64,000 nt of DNA from Neoconidiobolus thromboides FSU 785 (GCA_025603075.1 MU626290.1:82987-146986), one strand, 5' to 3'. Positions 1-13,047 are shown, counted from the stretch's first letter. Translations and numbers: made by a program. The notes: a model not told the origin generated them from the letters alone.

Positions 1-1060
1 ATTTGTTTTTTTTTAATAATATAATAAATTAATTTATTATAGAGATAAACTGTTTCGATTTTATCCCTAATTTTTTATGCTTGCGTAGATGGTTTTTTTA
101 ATGAATTTTATTGGCTAGGTTCAATTCTGTTCAATTACCTTTACCTAAAGAGTCATCCTGAGATGTAAAATAGCCTATTCTACATTTAACTAATTAATAT
201 TAGGATCAAATTTTTAATCTATGAAATAGTAGTATGTGTTTTGCCATATTGTCCTTTAATAAGAAATGGGTACTCATTGTCTGTAGACTGTAGATGTGGA
301 TACACATGCTTTTTATAAACGTACAATCAAAAATTGTTAAAAAGTTATTTATTTCTAGCTATTATTAAATAAGGACTTGTACGATAAATACTTTTTTATA
401 TCACATTCTCTGATTTATAAAATAGCCTAAAGCCTACTTTCGGACATTTGATAAATTAATATATGGCATGTTTTTACATAAAATTTATGCTTGAAAAGTG
501 AACAAATGTAGATAAAAATAAAAGATAATTTAAAATAATATGACTTTTTTGACTTATACAAAAAATAGGTTATAGACTGTAACAATAGTTTTACTTTTTA
601 AAATTTCTAATAAAGAATCGTTTCTGGGTATGAAAATTTTCAATTTTATTTTCTAATCATGAATAATAAAGAACTGATTATTTTATAAACCTTATACTAG
701 AAAGCTATAATATAAAACAATATTTTTAAAGCTTAGTACAAGTTTAAAGATACTGTAATTTATTTTGAATTAATATGTTATAACTTGGTTATATTGCTCA
801 TATTAAAATAATAAAAATTATATCATATAATTTATAAATCTTATACTTTAATATCTCAATATGAAAACTTAAATAATACAGATTTTCTATAAACAATTTT
901 TAAAATAAATATTATTATAGCAGCTAAATACTATTTATTTAATATATAAAATAAAGAAATAATAATTTAAGATTATTTAATTAAAAGTTAAATACGATTA
1001 TAGAATATAATTTGAACTTATTAAAAAAACTATGTTTTTAATATTAGTTTTATATTGTAA

Positions 1061-1505
1061 AATATCGCTTTGTCAGCTCCATGGTTGATTATAACATAAT
1101 AATCACTTGTCATGTTCTCGAGTTCAGGCACAATTGATTTAAAGTTCTTTATTTTGATTTGCTGCGAGAATTTCTAACCTCATATCACAAAAAATATTAT
1201 CTTCTTATTTTGATATCCATACTTGTTGGAGTGTAAAAGGGATTTTAGAACACAACAATTCGAGGCTTTTTTATTGAATTGTCTCCTGATGTTGTACCTT
1301 TAATAAATCCACTAGACCTTTATGATAATATTTTATATAGATTTTACAGTAGTATTGTCTACTTTATTTATCTTACATAGTCCGTAGGATACTATGTGCT
1401 ATTCTCCATAATTCAAGTTTATCTTAGTTATATAAACTAAGACCTTTCAACTTACAATTAGTTAATCAAGTAAAAGTTGCTTTTAACCCGAACCACTGAA
1501 TGCCA
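1061..1505 (-). pseudogene. Decayed dispersed repeat copy A (coding-like relic, probably TE-derived)
   Basis: Aligns by eye with 3541-3975 (both start aatatcgctttgtcagctc) and 2605-2856; minus-strand frame reads as protein-like but is broken by TAA/TAG/TGA stops. Confidence 0.7.
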
Positions 1506-1709
1506 AATTTTATACTAATAGAACAAAAAATATAATTATATAGTTTATATAAAAAACTTATAGAAAATTTAAATAGCCTTATTAAAAAACAATTTTAAAA
1601 TTACTATATTAAAAACTTTTTTTATATTCTGTATTAAGGGACCATGTACAAAAAACATAATAAGTTATAGTTATTTTTACAAATACTTTAAATAATCAAT
1701 GTAACATAA

Positions 1710-1808
1710 GGGGATGTATTTTTGTGTCTAACAATTTTACTAACAATTTTTCTACTTAAATAATGCTTGGAAGATGGAAAAAGTAATGAAGCCAAAAAAA
1801 ACATCTCC
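1710..1808 (+). mobile_element. MITE copy 1 (~98-bp GGGGATGT-TIR family)
   Basis: GGGGATGT...ACATCTCC termini; family core TACTAACAATTTTT...TGGAAAAAGTAATGAAGCC. Confidence 0.9.
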
Positions 1809-2014
1809 ATAATTTATTATAAAATTGATATAATATTTTATAGTTTAATATAATAAACTTATTATTCACTGAAAATTGTATAAAAAAATCATAATAAATA
1901 ACTTTGTTTAAAATAAAAATTATCTATTAATATAAATAATGTTATTATATAACTTATTAATAAAAAAAGTTTTTGATTTTAGTGTTTTTTAATTAAAAGA
2001 AAACTGTTTTATAT

Positions 2015-2110
2015 AGGAGGTTTTTTTTGACTTCGTTACTTTTTCCATTTTTTTAAGTACTATTTGAGCGAAAATTTGTTAGTAATTCTTAAACACAAAA
2101 ATAAATCTCC
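2015..2110 (-). mobile_element. MITE copy 2
   Basis: Reverse-oriented family core; AT on both flanks. Confidence 0.85.
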
Positions 2111-2390
2111 ATTTAATAAACATAAATTGACATAAATAAAGAAAAAACATAATTTACATCAACACAATCGTTTCAGTATATAGAAGCTATACAAATTTTT
2201 TTTCAACATCAAGTATGTTATGAAATATTTTTCTATCAGCCTTGTAATTAATTATAATATAACAATTAGCTAAATTATATCTAAAACTAATTGCAGCTTT
2301 GTATTAATTTAACCGCAATTCGTATAATGAATTTAATTAGCTTTAAATAATTTTGCTATCAAAAATTACTGTATTTCTAAATCCAGGTAT

Positions 2391-2488
2391 GAGGATGTAT
2401 TTTTGTGTCTGACAATTTTACTAACAATTTTTCCACTCAAATAATGCTTGGAAGATGGAAAAAGTAATGAAGCCAAAAAAACATCCAC
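2391..2488 (+). mobile_element. MITE copy 3
   Basis: Near-identical to copy 1, with different flanks. Confidence 0.9.
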
Positions 2489-2604
2489 TATAATTAGTTT
2501 AAAGTTTTTTATTTTAGTAATTATATTTAATAACTATAATAAAAGATAATTATTATAATATTTTTTATATACAGCCACTTAATTAAACTATAATTGTTTT
2601 AATA

Positions 2605-2856
2605 TAATAACTTAAAGCTCTTTTATTGAATTGCTTTCTAATATTATACTTTTAATAAAGCTATTAAGTTTTTTTAACAGTACTTCATATAAATTTTATA
2701 ATAATATCTTCTATTCTATTTGTTTTACATAGTCTGTAGCTTATTATGTACTATTTTTATTAATTTAAATCTACTTTAATTATATAAACTAAGACTCTTT
2801 AATTTACAGCTAACTAATTAAGCAAAAGCTGTTTCTAATTCCAACTACTAAATCCC
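2605..2856 (-). pseudogene. Decayed dispersed repeat copy B (most AT-eroded)
   Basis: Aligns with about 1260-1505 and 3720-3970 (e.g. ttacatagtct.tagc...tatataaactaagac); differences are mostly C>T/G>A. Confidence 0.6.
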
Positions 2857-3346
2857 AACTTTTATAGTTTTAATAACTTTTTTAACTAAGTTTTTATATG
2901 TTTTGTAGCTAATGTTATTATTGATTTTTTAATTAAACCAAAGTTATTTATATCAAGCAAAAGTGTGTTGATAGTATTATAAAAAAAAACTTGAAATAAG
3001 GCAGTTAAATTATTAATATTATTAAAAACATGATTATTTTTTTTAATAGTTAATAAATTAGTTATAAAAAAATCATTAAACACTGTTAAACATGAAATAT
3101 AATAAATATTATCTGGTAATTTATAAAATTAGTTAAATTACTATTATTATTATTTTAACATTATTTAAAAATAATTATTTAAAAATGTATTTATTTATCT
3201 AAAAGTTTTATTAATAGCTTTTTTGCTTAAATAATACAAAATAAAAAAACCCAATTATTGATAGTATTTAAATAATAAATAAAACTGATGTTTTTTACAA
3301 AAAATAATCAACTAAATTAAACAACAGCTTAAAAATTTAATTATAT

Positions 3347-3444
3347 GGGGATGTGTTTTTGTATTTAAGAGCTTTATTAACAACTTTTCCACCCAAATAG
3401 CGCTTAAAGATGAAAAAAGTAATGAATTCAAAAAAAACATCCCC
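3347..3444 (+). mobile_element. MITE copy 4
   Basis: AT|GGGGATGT...ACATCCCC|AT, perfect terminal TIR with AT duplication. Confidence 0.92.
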
Positions 3445-3540
3445 ATATAATAAGAGTTATAAAAAAACAATATAAAGTTATTGTTACAATTGTAAAAACT
3501 TCTTTAGATATAAATATTAAATCTTATATTTAAGATGTGA

Positions 3541-3975
3541 AATATCGCTTTGTCAGCTCGATGATTGAGTATAGCGTAATGATCACTTAAGTTGTTGTGC
3601 TCTCAAGTTCAAAGACAATTAATCCCATGTTTTTATTTTAGCTTACTATGAGAATTTCTAGCTCCATCCCAAAGAATATTATCATCTCATTTTGATATTT
3701 ATATTTTTCAAAGTATAGTAGCTCAAGGCTTTCTAATTGAATTATTCCTTGATATCTCGAACGTTTAATAAAGTCACTAAGTTTTCTTAATAGTATTTTA
3801 TGTAGATTTTGCATTAGTATTGTCTATTCTATTTATCTTACATAGTCTATAGCCTATTACATACTATTCTCCATAATTCAAGTTTATCTTAGTTACATAA
3901 ACTAGGACCTTTCGACTTACAGTATAGTCAACCAAGTGATAGTTGTTATTGACTCCAATCACTGAGTACTGGATT
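3541..3975 (-). pseudogene. Decayed dispersed repeat copy C
   Basis: Aligns with 1061-1505; minus frame reads CKSKGPSLCN*DKLELWRIVCNRL*TM*DK*NRQY*CKIY, with stops where Gln codons would fit. Confidence 0.7.
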
Positions 3976-5104
3976 TCATAAAGATTTAAAAAAATAAATA
4001 TAAATTAAATCCATTATATAATAATGACTGCTTTTAAAGTAAATAGTAAATTATAAATTAATATTTAATTTAATTTTGAACTTTAAACTAAATTTTAAAT
4101 CTTCACATTTTTAACTAATTTTTGCTTTTTGGTTAATGAATGGCTGCAAGCTAAACAAATAGCCTTAACAAAATATATATTTGACATCAAAAAATATTGC
4201 AAATTTAATCAAATTTAAATTGATTAAAAAAGCCAATATCCTTAATATTACATTTTTATTGCAACTTAATTAGGTTTTTTAAAGCCTGGTATTAGCATTA
4301 GCAATTTGTTAACTTTATTAAATTCTACTCCTAAATGAACAGCTAATAAACGATAGTTAGCTCTGAAAATTAACGCAAACTAGGTCACAATAAAGCTATA
4401 AGAGCTATATTGATGTTTAGATACTAAAATATGTTTTCAGAATTTTTTTTAAAATTTCTTTATATTAGTGAAAAATGGAATGGATTATAGCAATATAGCA
4501 TTTTATTATTTGCTTAAAATCGCTTATAGGTTGGCTTATAAAAACAAAAAAACTAAGTTGGCAATCTTGATACAATAGCTATATTTCTAAAACTTTAGTA
4601 AAACAGAAGCTTAGAACTGATGCATTTAATACTCTTGATTTTTCATTTCGCGGTTAAATTTTTTATTTAAGTGTAGCAAACATGTTAACAAAAAGTTCAG
4701 ATTAAACAAACATATATTTGTCCTCTAATGACCTAATGCCCTGATTTCATATTTAAGATGTTATCTTTTTATCAAATCATAGCGTTGTTCACTTTGCAAA
4801 AATCCAAATCCACGAATTTATGAAATAATAGTTAGCCAAATGTAAAAAGTAGCAGGAGGCAAGCTTACAGACTGGATATAAGCCAATAAAATAAATTTTA
4901 GCCACTCAATTTTAATTCGTTTCTTCAACTAAAACTGACCAATAAAAGAATCCAATCAATATATTAGCCAATAAACATGCAAATTGTAGTTCCCCAACTT
5001 ACGTTTTCTAAGGATTTAACATAAAGGTAATGGAATTAATCCTTGTTAATTAGCTATCAAACTAAAACTTTTATTATTTCAATTTAGAATTAATTTTTAA
5101 AAAA

Positions 5105-5748
5105 ATGTCTGAATATTGTCCAGTATATGCTCCATTCTTTGCTACCATGGGGGTAGCTTCAGCTATTATATTTACTAGTGAGTTATTATTTTATTTTTTT
5201 AAAACTGATTTTAAATTCTTGTTTTACATAGGTTTTGGTGCCGCTTATGGTACTGCTAAATCAGGTGTTGGTTTATCCGCTATGGGTGTTTTACGTCCTG
5301 ATATGGTAATCAGAGCCATTGTTCCAGTTGTTATGGCTGGTATTATTGCTATTTATGGTTTAGTCGTAGCTGTTATGTCCTCTGGTTCTTGTGAGTCATA
5401 ATTTGATTTTTATAATTTATAATATTTAATCAATTTTTAGTGAACGCACAAATGCCACTTTATAAGTAGGTTAAAATTTAAATTATTTTTGTATTTTTAT
5501 TAACAATATTTAGTGGTTTTATTATTCTTGCTGCTGGTTTATCTGTTGGTTTTTCTGGATTAGCCGCTGGGTTTGCTATTGGTATTGTTGGTGATGCAGG
5601 TGTGCGTGCTATTGCACAACAACCAAGGCTCTTTGTAGGTATGATCTTGATTCTTATTTTTGCTGAAGTCTTAGGTTTATATGGTCTCATTGTTGCTCTT
5701 ATCCTTAATTCTAAAGTTACAGATAATGGTATCTGTACCAAATCTTAA
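5105..5748 (+). CDS. VMA3: V-type ATPase 16-kDa proteolipid subunit c; exons 5105-5177, 5232-5390, 5441-5465, 5514-5748
   Basis: Spliced product has [57 protein letters not shown]; all introns GT-AG. Confidence 0.97.
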
Positions 5749-6109
5749 CAAAATATTTACCTATCAAATCAGATATAAAATTTATCTAAATTTCGATCAA
5801 ATTAAATAGTGTTATTTGGAATTTATTAACTTATATTGTTGAGCTTAATTAAGGTTACTTTCGATCTATTTTAATTAGTTAATATAGATGTTTTATTAGA
5901 TATGGACTGAGTTATAGGATTTAAAAAACAAATGTAAATAAATGAGTCCAATAAAAAGATCGATGAAGTGGTATATAATTAAAACACTTGAAAAAGATAT
6001 AGTAAATGCAAGTGAATGAAATATGATAAACAGTTAAAAGTAGTCATATATTATTAAATTTAGTGCTGATATTCAAATAGCTTCGAGTAATAAACAAATT
6101 TATTGTAGC

Positions 6110-7550
6110 TTAATAAGAATAACAATGTAAAATGGTAGAAGATTTAAATTGTTTCCTAAGTAAATTAACAAACTCTGAAGAAATTAAGGAACAATTACGT
6201 AAATCCAAATAGTCTAATGGATATGATGAGTTAGAAAGTAAAGTACTTAGCCCATGATTTGAAACCTTTGGACAATAGCTTAAATCAAGATAATTTAATT
6301 CTAAATTGGTTAAAAGAGTATGTAAAGTTTGTTCACCAAAAGTTAACCTAGAAATATTCAAATGTTTTAGACTTGATTTGCATTTTGATTTTGGATTAAC
6401 TAAAGCTAATAGAGCCTCATCATTAATAGAAGGACAGGCGGCAATCGATAATATTTTCAACTTAGAGCATGAACTGGAAATAAACTTCACCCCAGTTATG
6501 TCAACAAAAGTTTGAGTTAAATTAATATCTACCAAATTACCAAGTACTTCTTTTAAGCAATAAATCACTTTACTATCAATAAAAAAATTTTTACTTAAAT
6601 TTAAACAAGTTAAATCTTGAAATGTTAATGCTAATAATCGAAAATAAAAATAAGGCTGTTCATTTCGAGTTAGTCCATTTTTCATACTTGATAAATTGAT
6701 CTTAGTTATTAATTTATATTTTTTACAAAGTTCATTGATAATTTTTATTTCGAGTCCAGTTGTATTACTTATATCCATTTCTTTAAGGTTTGGGAATAAA
6801 CAACTAATAGTATGTATAAATAACCCTTTTAATTTCAATCCAGCAACATTGAGATGCTTTAAGGTTGTTACTGATTTAATTAATTTACCATCTGTTGTAT
6901 AAAATATATTATTAGTTAACTCATTTTTGGATATATCTAAATGAGTTAAATTTTGAACTCTTAATAATATCTCTTGAACAATATCTGCTGTTAATCCACA
7001 ATTAGAAAGTGTTATTTTTGTTAAATTGGTTTTATATTGTCTTATCAAAGGTGCAAAAAAAGTGAATGTAACTTTTGAATTAAGTATTTCAAAATTATTA
7101 AGATTTGGCCGATGAAAACTATTCAATTGTTTAAACCAGGTGTATTCTAATTTAGGACAATTATTTAAACATATAGATTTTAAGTTACTTCTAGCTCTCG
7201 TCAAAAATAATGATAATGTATATACGGCATAATGTTTTCCATTTGAATAAAACAACCTTTTTTTATGGCTAGGATTACTAAAATTTAAATTTATATAACT
7301 CCATATCATTGGTATGCTGATTATAGACCGTCGCCACGTTTTACATACGGTTCCTAAGGAATAGATCTCTTTTTGCGTTAAATAGGAAAATATTATCATT
7401 AATAATTCTAACGGTAGTAGATCTAACCATCTTAAACTAAACTTCTTAGGTTGTTAGATAGAACTTATTCACCATTTAATTGTTTTATTTTATTTTACTT
7501 ACATGCTTGGTTTTACTTTTAGCTACCTCGTTATTGGAACTAGACTCCAT
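6110..7550 (-). CDS. F-box/leucine-rich repeat protein; exon 1 7550-7503, exon 2 7444-6110
   Basis: N-terminal LDLLPLELLMIIFSYL...VCKTWRR F-box followed by many LxxLxLSxC LRRs. Confidence 0.9.
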
Positions 7551-7814
7551 TATTTAAAAGAGTAGCTGAAAAATTAAATACTTTAAGGGATATCAATTTA
7601 TAGAAGTGCAAACAAGTTTGCAAATTCTGACAAAACACTTGTTATAAGAATAGTAAATTGCAGCACTAAAGCAATCTTACTAGCAAATAATGGTCATTTT
7701 TGATCAAAGAAAGGATTTACTGTTGCAAGCGGCAACTTTTCACTTTTTGCAATAAAAAATAGGATTATTTTACTACATTCTTATATTTTCGATTAAATTA
7801 TAATAACAATATAT

Positions 7815-7905
7815 AGGGATATATTTTTAAGAGTTTTATTAGCAGTTTTTCCACTCAAATAGCGCTTAAAAAATGGAAAAAGTGATGAAACTAAAAAATA
7901 TCCCC
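7815..7905 (+). mobile_element. MITE copy 5 (small internal deletion)
   Basis: AT|AGGGATAT...ATATCCCC|AT plus family core. Confidence 0.85.
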
Positions 7906-8013
7906 ATATATTTGTTTAAATACTTTATAAATTTCAACCTTTTCATTTCAATAAAATGTAGAAAATAATTTGATTAAAAAAACAAAATTTTTATATCTGT
8001 TGAACTTTGACTT

Positions 8014-9004
8014 TTATTTCATTAATTCTAGTAGCTCATTAACCCATTCCAATGAACCATCTTCTGTTATCACTACATCATATTTCTCGATATATTCTGG
8101 TAATAAAACTTCGGTATTGTGATTAACAAAACCAATAGTTAAAAGAGTAGTGGGATTAAAATTATTACTCATATTTAAATCACTAAGAGAATCCCCTAAT
8201 AAAATACAATTATGTTTATTTTTAATTTGCTGATTGAATTCTAATTCATTTATTAATACATCTCCTTTGTTTAATATATGTATTAAGGGTTCTTTAAAAC
8301 CTATTAATCTATAAGGTTCCTCTTTAGAAAATATCATGGTGTTGGAAATGATGTGTATATTATTATTGAAATAGCCTTTATTTAGTAACAAATGTTGAAT
8401 TATATCTGTTTTATTTTTGTTAATAATGTAATAATAAAATTTATTAAATTTGAAATTTACCTGTCAGCCCCGCCGAAAATATTAGTAAAGGTATTTTGTT
8501 TTTATTTATTAAGTTAAAAAATCTATCAGAATCTTGTCTATAGTTCATTTCATATTTAGATAATCCTTGTTGAATTTTATTAAGTGTTAGCTCCTCTTCA
8601 ATATAATAGCTATGAATTGCATTCCACCAATTAACTATATGTTCCTCATTTTCCTCAAAATTTTTAGTATAATTTTTAACATATTGAATGTATTTTGCAT
8701 TCACTTCCAATTCCTTAATTTTAAAACCTTCCGACACGATATCGGTTTGTGTAATTACCTTATGAGTATTTAGCATTTTTTTACCGTTAAATGAATATTT
8801 GGTTAACGTGGCATCAAAATCTTATAAATATTTAATATATATACATATATAAAGAAAGGTTAAAATACCGGATATTATGTATAACTTATTGTATCCATCT
8901 TGCACTAATCTTTGAAGTTTAGTTTCTAAATGAGTTTTATTTTTATAGTGGATATTCGTTTGATTATTTATGTTTATCATTAAATTATTGATAATCGGAT
9001 TCAT
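8014..9004 (-). CDS. NT5C3: Pyrimidine 5'-nucleotidase (cN-III/UMPH-1, HAD family) paralog 1; 3 exons
   Basis: Spliced IISDFDATLTKY (HAD motif I), LIFSAGL, ILLGDSLSDLNM, LTIGF. Confidence 0.85.
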
Positions 9005-9252
9005 TTTAATAGATGAACTGTTTAGTAAAAAAAGTTAATAATTATCTTTTAATATTGATATTCTTTTGAAATAATTTGTTACGTCACTATTGATTTCTAT
9101 CCTTAACAAACATAAATTCAGTAAAATTCTATTTATTGTTCTTTAAATGGTTGAACAAGACAAGACTTGTAAAAGAAATTATTTCTGCTATTACAATTAA
9201 TGAAAACGTTTAACGAAACATACTTTTGAATACTATTAATAAAATAATATAT

Positions 9253-9347
9253 GGAGGTATTTTCTAGCTTCATCACTTTTTCTATTTTTTAAGCGCTATT
9301 TGAGCAGAAAAATTGTTAGTAAAATTCTTAAACAAAAATATATTCAC
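9253..9347 (-). mobile_element. MITE copy 6
   Basis: Reverse family core, AT flanks; lies between the two nucleotidase genes. Confidence 0.85.
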
Positions 9348-9795
9348 ATATTCATTTGTAAGTTTTAATTTGGGAATATACTTTACATATTTGAGTCTTC
9401 ATTTAAAGCTTTAAAGGGAAGATAACTAAACTAATGATGAATTTATATAGAATAATATGAATACATATGGATAAGTTTAAAAGCTCAATTAAAATCAAAA
9501 GCAAAGTTCTATAATTCACTTTTTTTGTCCATTTCCCATGTAATGTAAAACTTAAAGACTATTAAATAAAACTAGATAAAAAAAGTCTCAGTAAATTATT
9601 TTCAAATTAAACAAAAAAGTAAAAAATTTGTAGCACTAAGTGCTTAATTTGTATTTTTCGCTAAAAATTAAATTATTTAAAATTTGAACCAAGCTTTTAA
9701 ACTACCTTATATACTTATGAATAAAATATTGAGATTAACAAATAAAAAATAAATTTTGCTTTATAAATAAACCCAAAGAAAAGCTATACAAAAAC

Positions 9796-10801
9796 TTAAT
9801 TTAATTTCTCTAATAAATCATTAACCCATTCCATTGAATCATCAGCAGCAATAACAACATCAAATTTATCTAAATATTTTGGTAATAAATTTTCTACATC
9901 ATAATTTAAAAATCCAATAGTTAATAAGTTATTATGATTTAGCCCTCCTTTCATACAAACATCACCAAGAGAATCTCCAAGTAATAGACCATTACTTCGA
10001 TTTTCAATTTCATTATAAAATTTCATACCTTCAAATTTTATAACCCCTTTACTTAATACATGAATTAAAGGCTCTTTAAAATCAATAATGTTCTTTGGTT
10101 CTTTTGTATCAAATATCATAGAATTAGAAACTACATGTACGTTATCATTTAAATAACCCTTGTTTTGTAACAATATTTCAATTATATCTAAATAAAAGAT
10201 ATTAATGTGTTAATAATTAAATATGAAAAATATAACTTACCTGCTAATCCAGCCGAAAATACAATTAAAGGTAAACCTTTTTGATTAGCCAATTTAAAAA
10301 AGTCATTACTACCATCTCTATAAACCATATTAAATGTATCTAATCCTTCTTTAATAGCTTGGTATGTCAACTTTTCATCAATAAAAGCTTGATGAACTAG
10401 AGTCCACCATTCAACCATCTTTTGATATTTTTCTTCATAGCTTAAAGTTTGAGATATTTCAAATGGGTAATATTTTTCAAATAACGCTTTTTCGTTCTCT
10501 TTAAACTTATCTGATACAATACCAGTTTTGGTCAAAACAGCATGTGAGCCTACATTTCGATCTCCATTGACCCAAAATTTACTTATGGTCATATCAAAAT
10601 CTACAAATGTTAAATTTATTATTTAATGTAACATAAGAATAAAAAATAGCTACCTGAAATAATATGTAATTTATTAGCTCCGTCTTGAAGGATATTAGCT
10701 ACCTTTTGCTTTACTTTAGCTTCGTCACTAAAGTATACATTCTTTAAACTTTTGGGATTTAATTGTATATCGTTATAGTCGTTAGTTTCAGAGAAGGTCA
10801 T
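9796..10801 (-). CDS. NT5C3: Pyrimidine 5'-nucleotidase (cN-III/UMPH-1) paralog 2; 3 exons
   Basis: Spliced IISDFDMTISKF, KMVEWW, IVFSAGL, LLLGDSLGD, LTIGFLN; same intron positions as paralog 1. Confidence 0.9.
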
Positions 10802-11047
10802 ATTGCGTCTTAATAATAATAAAGGAATCTAAAATGTATTTAATATTAATTTTACAGTTGTCTCTTGGTTGCTTTATATATCGTTGAAAGTTTCAAAATA
10901 GAACAGTCATGATGAATAATGATTTCTAATGTTCATTTAAGTAAACTCAATTCCTCCAATAAGAATGAAATCATTTGATAGCGTGCATAAAAAGCTTTTT
11001 AAATTTGGATTAATTCCAATTTAAGTTAATTACAATTTTATTTTTCA

Positions 11048-12540
11048 ATGGATTCAGATTCCCAATACTCAGATTCAACTAACAAAAACGGGGACATTGA
11101 TTTAGAAGATTATGGAGAAACATTATTGAAATATGAAACTTCATCATTATTAGTTATAGTAATAGATTTACATCCTTTTGGTTGGAATAAGACTAAGAGT
11201 AATTTTCGAGATTATTCCGAAGAGAAACAGAAATCAAAGACATTATATTTTAAAAGAGCTTTGGAACAGATTTTAGTTTTTATTAATGCATTTCTTGCTT
11301 CTTCTCATAATAATCAAATCGCTTTAATTGCTGCCCATCCAAAGGCTTGGTAAGGGTTTTTTGTTATTTTTTATTATATGATAATATAATATAATAATTT
11401 CAATCATCATTTAATTAATAGTACTAAAATTAAATCAATTAAACTTAGCGAATTCATCTATCCTAGCCAAAAAGAAATCCAACCAGAAGTAATATCAAGA
11501 TATGAAAATTGCGGGCGAAAAGCACCTATTTTAGAAGATGGAACGAAATTGGAATTATCAAAATGTGGAAATTATTTTGAATTTAAAAAAGTGAATATTC
11601 AAATTCAAGAAAATCTTGATGATTTTATTGGTAATATGGACATTGAATTAAATGACTCAAGATATAGTAAGTTTTAGTTTATTTATTTATTAAATTTATA
11701 ATTAATTTTATGTTTAGAGTACTCCTCAATTACAGCAGCTATTTCAAAGGCTCTTTGTTGTAAGAAATTTAGATAAATTTATGTAAAAAAATTAAAATCA
11801 ATTTAGATACACATCAAAAAATAAAAGAAGAAGCTTTGAATAACTTAAAATCGCGTATATTAATACTATCAGTATCACCTGATCCACCTCATCATTATAT
11901 ACCTATGATGAATTCCATATTTTCAGCTCAAAGGATGGTAATTAAATATTTCAAGTAGAATAAAGTTCTATAATTAATTATTCCAGAACATTCCCTTAGA
12001 CATTGTCAAACTGGCAGGCGAAGATTCAGTATTTTTACAGCAAGGAGCACATATCTCTGGTGGTCAATATTTAGATTTAAGACCAGATATAGAAAAGTCA
12101 AAAGATGAACAATATCAATCTTCACCAATTTCACTATTACAGCATTTATTATTTGCTTTTTTACCTGAACATCAAATAAGAGATTTAATGGTTTCCCCAT
12201 GTCAACCTGGTGTGGATTTTAGAGCTTCTTGTTTTTGTCATAAAAATGTGATCAATATCGGTTTTGTTTGTTCTATTTGTTTATCAAGTAAATCAAACCA
12301 AATTTTATTAAAATTTAAAACTAATTTTTGTTCTATTTAGTTTATTGCCAATATTATGAAACATGTAACACATGCAGGTAATAATTTTAAATTAATTGAT
12401 CTTAGATTTTTATTGATTTCAATCTTATTTTTAGTTCAAGACTTTCAATGAATAGAATACCAGTGAATATTAATAATGTTACTAATGAAGCGAATTTAAA
12501 TACTAATGGGGAGGATTCACATGCTAATGGAGTTCATTAA
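11048..12540 (+). CDS. TFB4: TFIIH subunit Tfb4/p34, multi-exon
   Basis: LLVIVID...ILVFINAFLASSHNNQIALIA vWA-like start; C-terminal CFCHKNVINIGFVCSICLS zinc motif. Confidence 0.92.
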
Positions 12541-13047
12541 TTGATATAGTAAATATAAAAGTTTACTTTTTTATTATAAAAAAGTAAGATTGATGTCTTA
12601 ATGTTTAAGGAATATTACACAAAAGGATACAAAACTTTAAAGTATTTTTATTAATATTGTGGTAAATACTCTTAAAAGTTATTTTAAATTATTAAATTGT
12701 TACAATTAAAATAGCTCTTATTACTATATATTTGCATTGTATCTCAAACCTTATTGTTATTAAATTAAATTTTAGTTTTGGCACTTAATTTTGATATTTA
12801 ATCTTAGAAAGTTATTAACAATAGAATCTAATAGTCGAGTTTAACATAACGTCTTTGTTTTAAGGTGTTTAATATCAAATGAATAAAACAAACTTTAACA
12901 GAAAATAAGATTGTAATTAATATTAAGATTTTTCTAAAGTAATTTGACCTTTTTAATCTACCCAAAAAGAAGTAATTATACTTTACAATCACCAATCATA
13001 AAACATTAACTACTTTATTATTCATTTATAATAAATGTTCATGATAT

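Noticed and set aside
468-545. Possible 21st, deleted MITE copy
   Set aside because: Only loose similarity (atggcatgttttt...tgcttgaaaagtg); no second TIR or conserved core.
3800-3920. Relic frame as a LINE zf-RVT domain (ELWRIVCNRL.T...C)
   Set aside because: The resemblance is short and the expected second Cys and the His/Cys pair are not visible; left as unassigned pending a profile search.
1061-4460. Alternative genetic code (TAA/TAG = Gln) to explain stop-riddled frames
   Set aside because: Real genes in the window end in TAA/TAG and have long intact standard-code ORFs; the stops are confined to relics.
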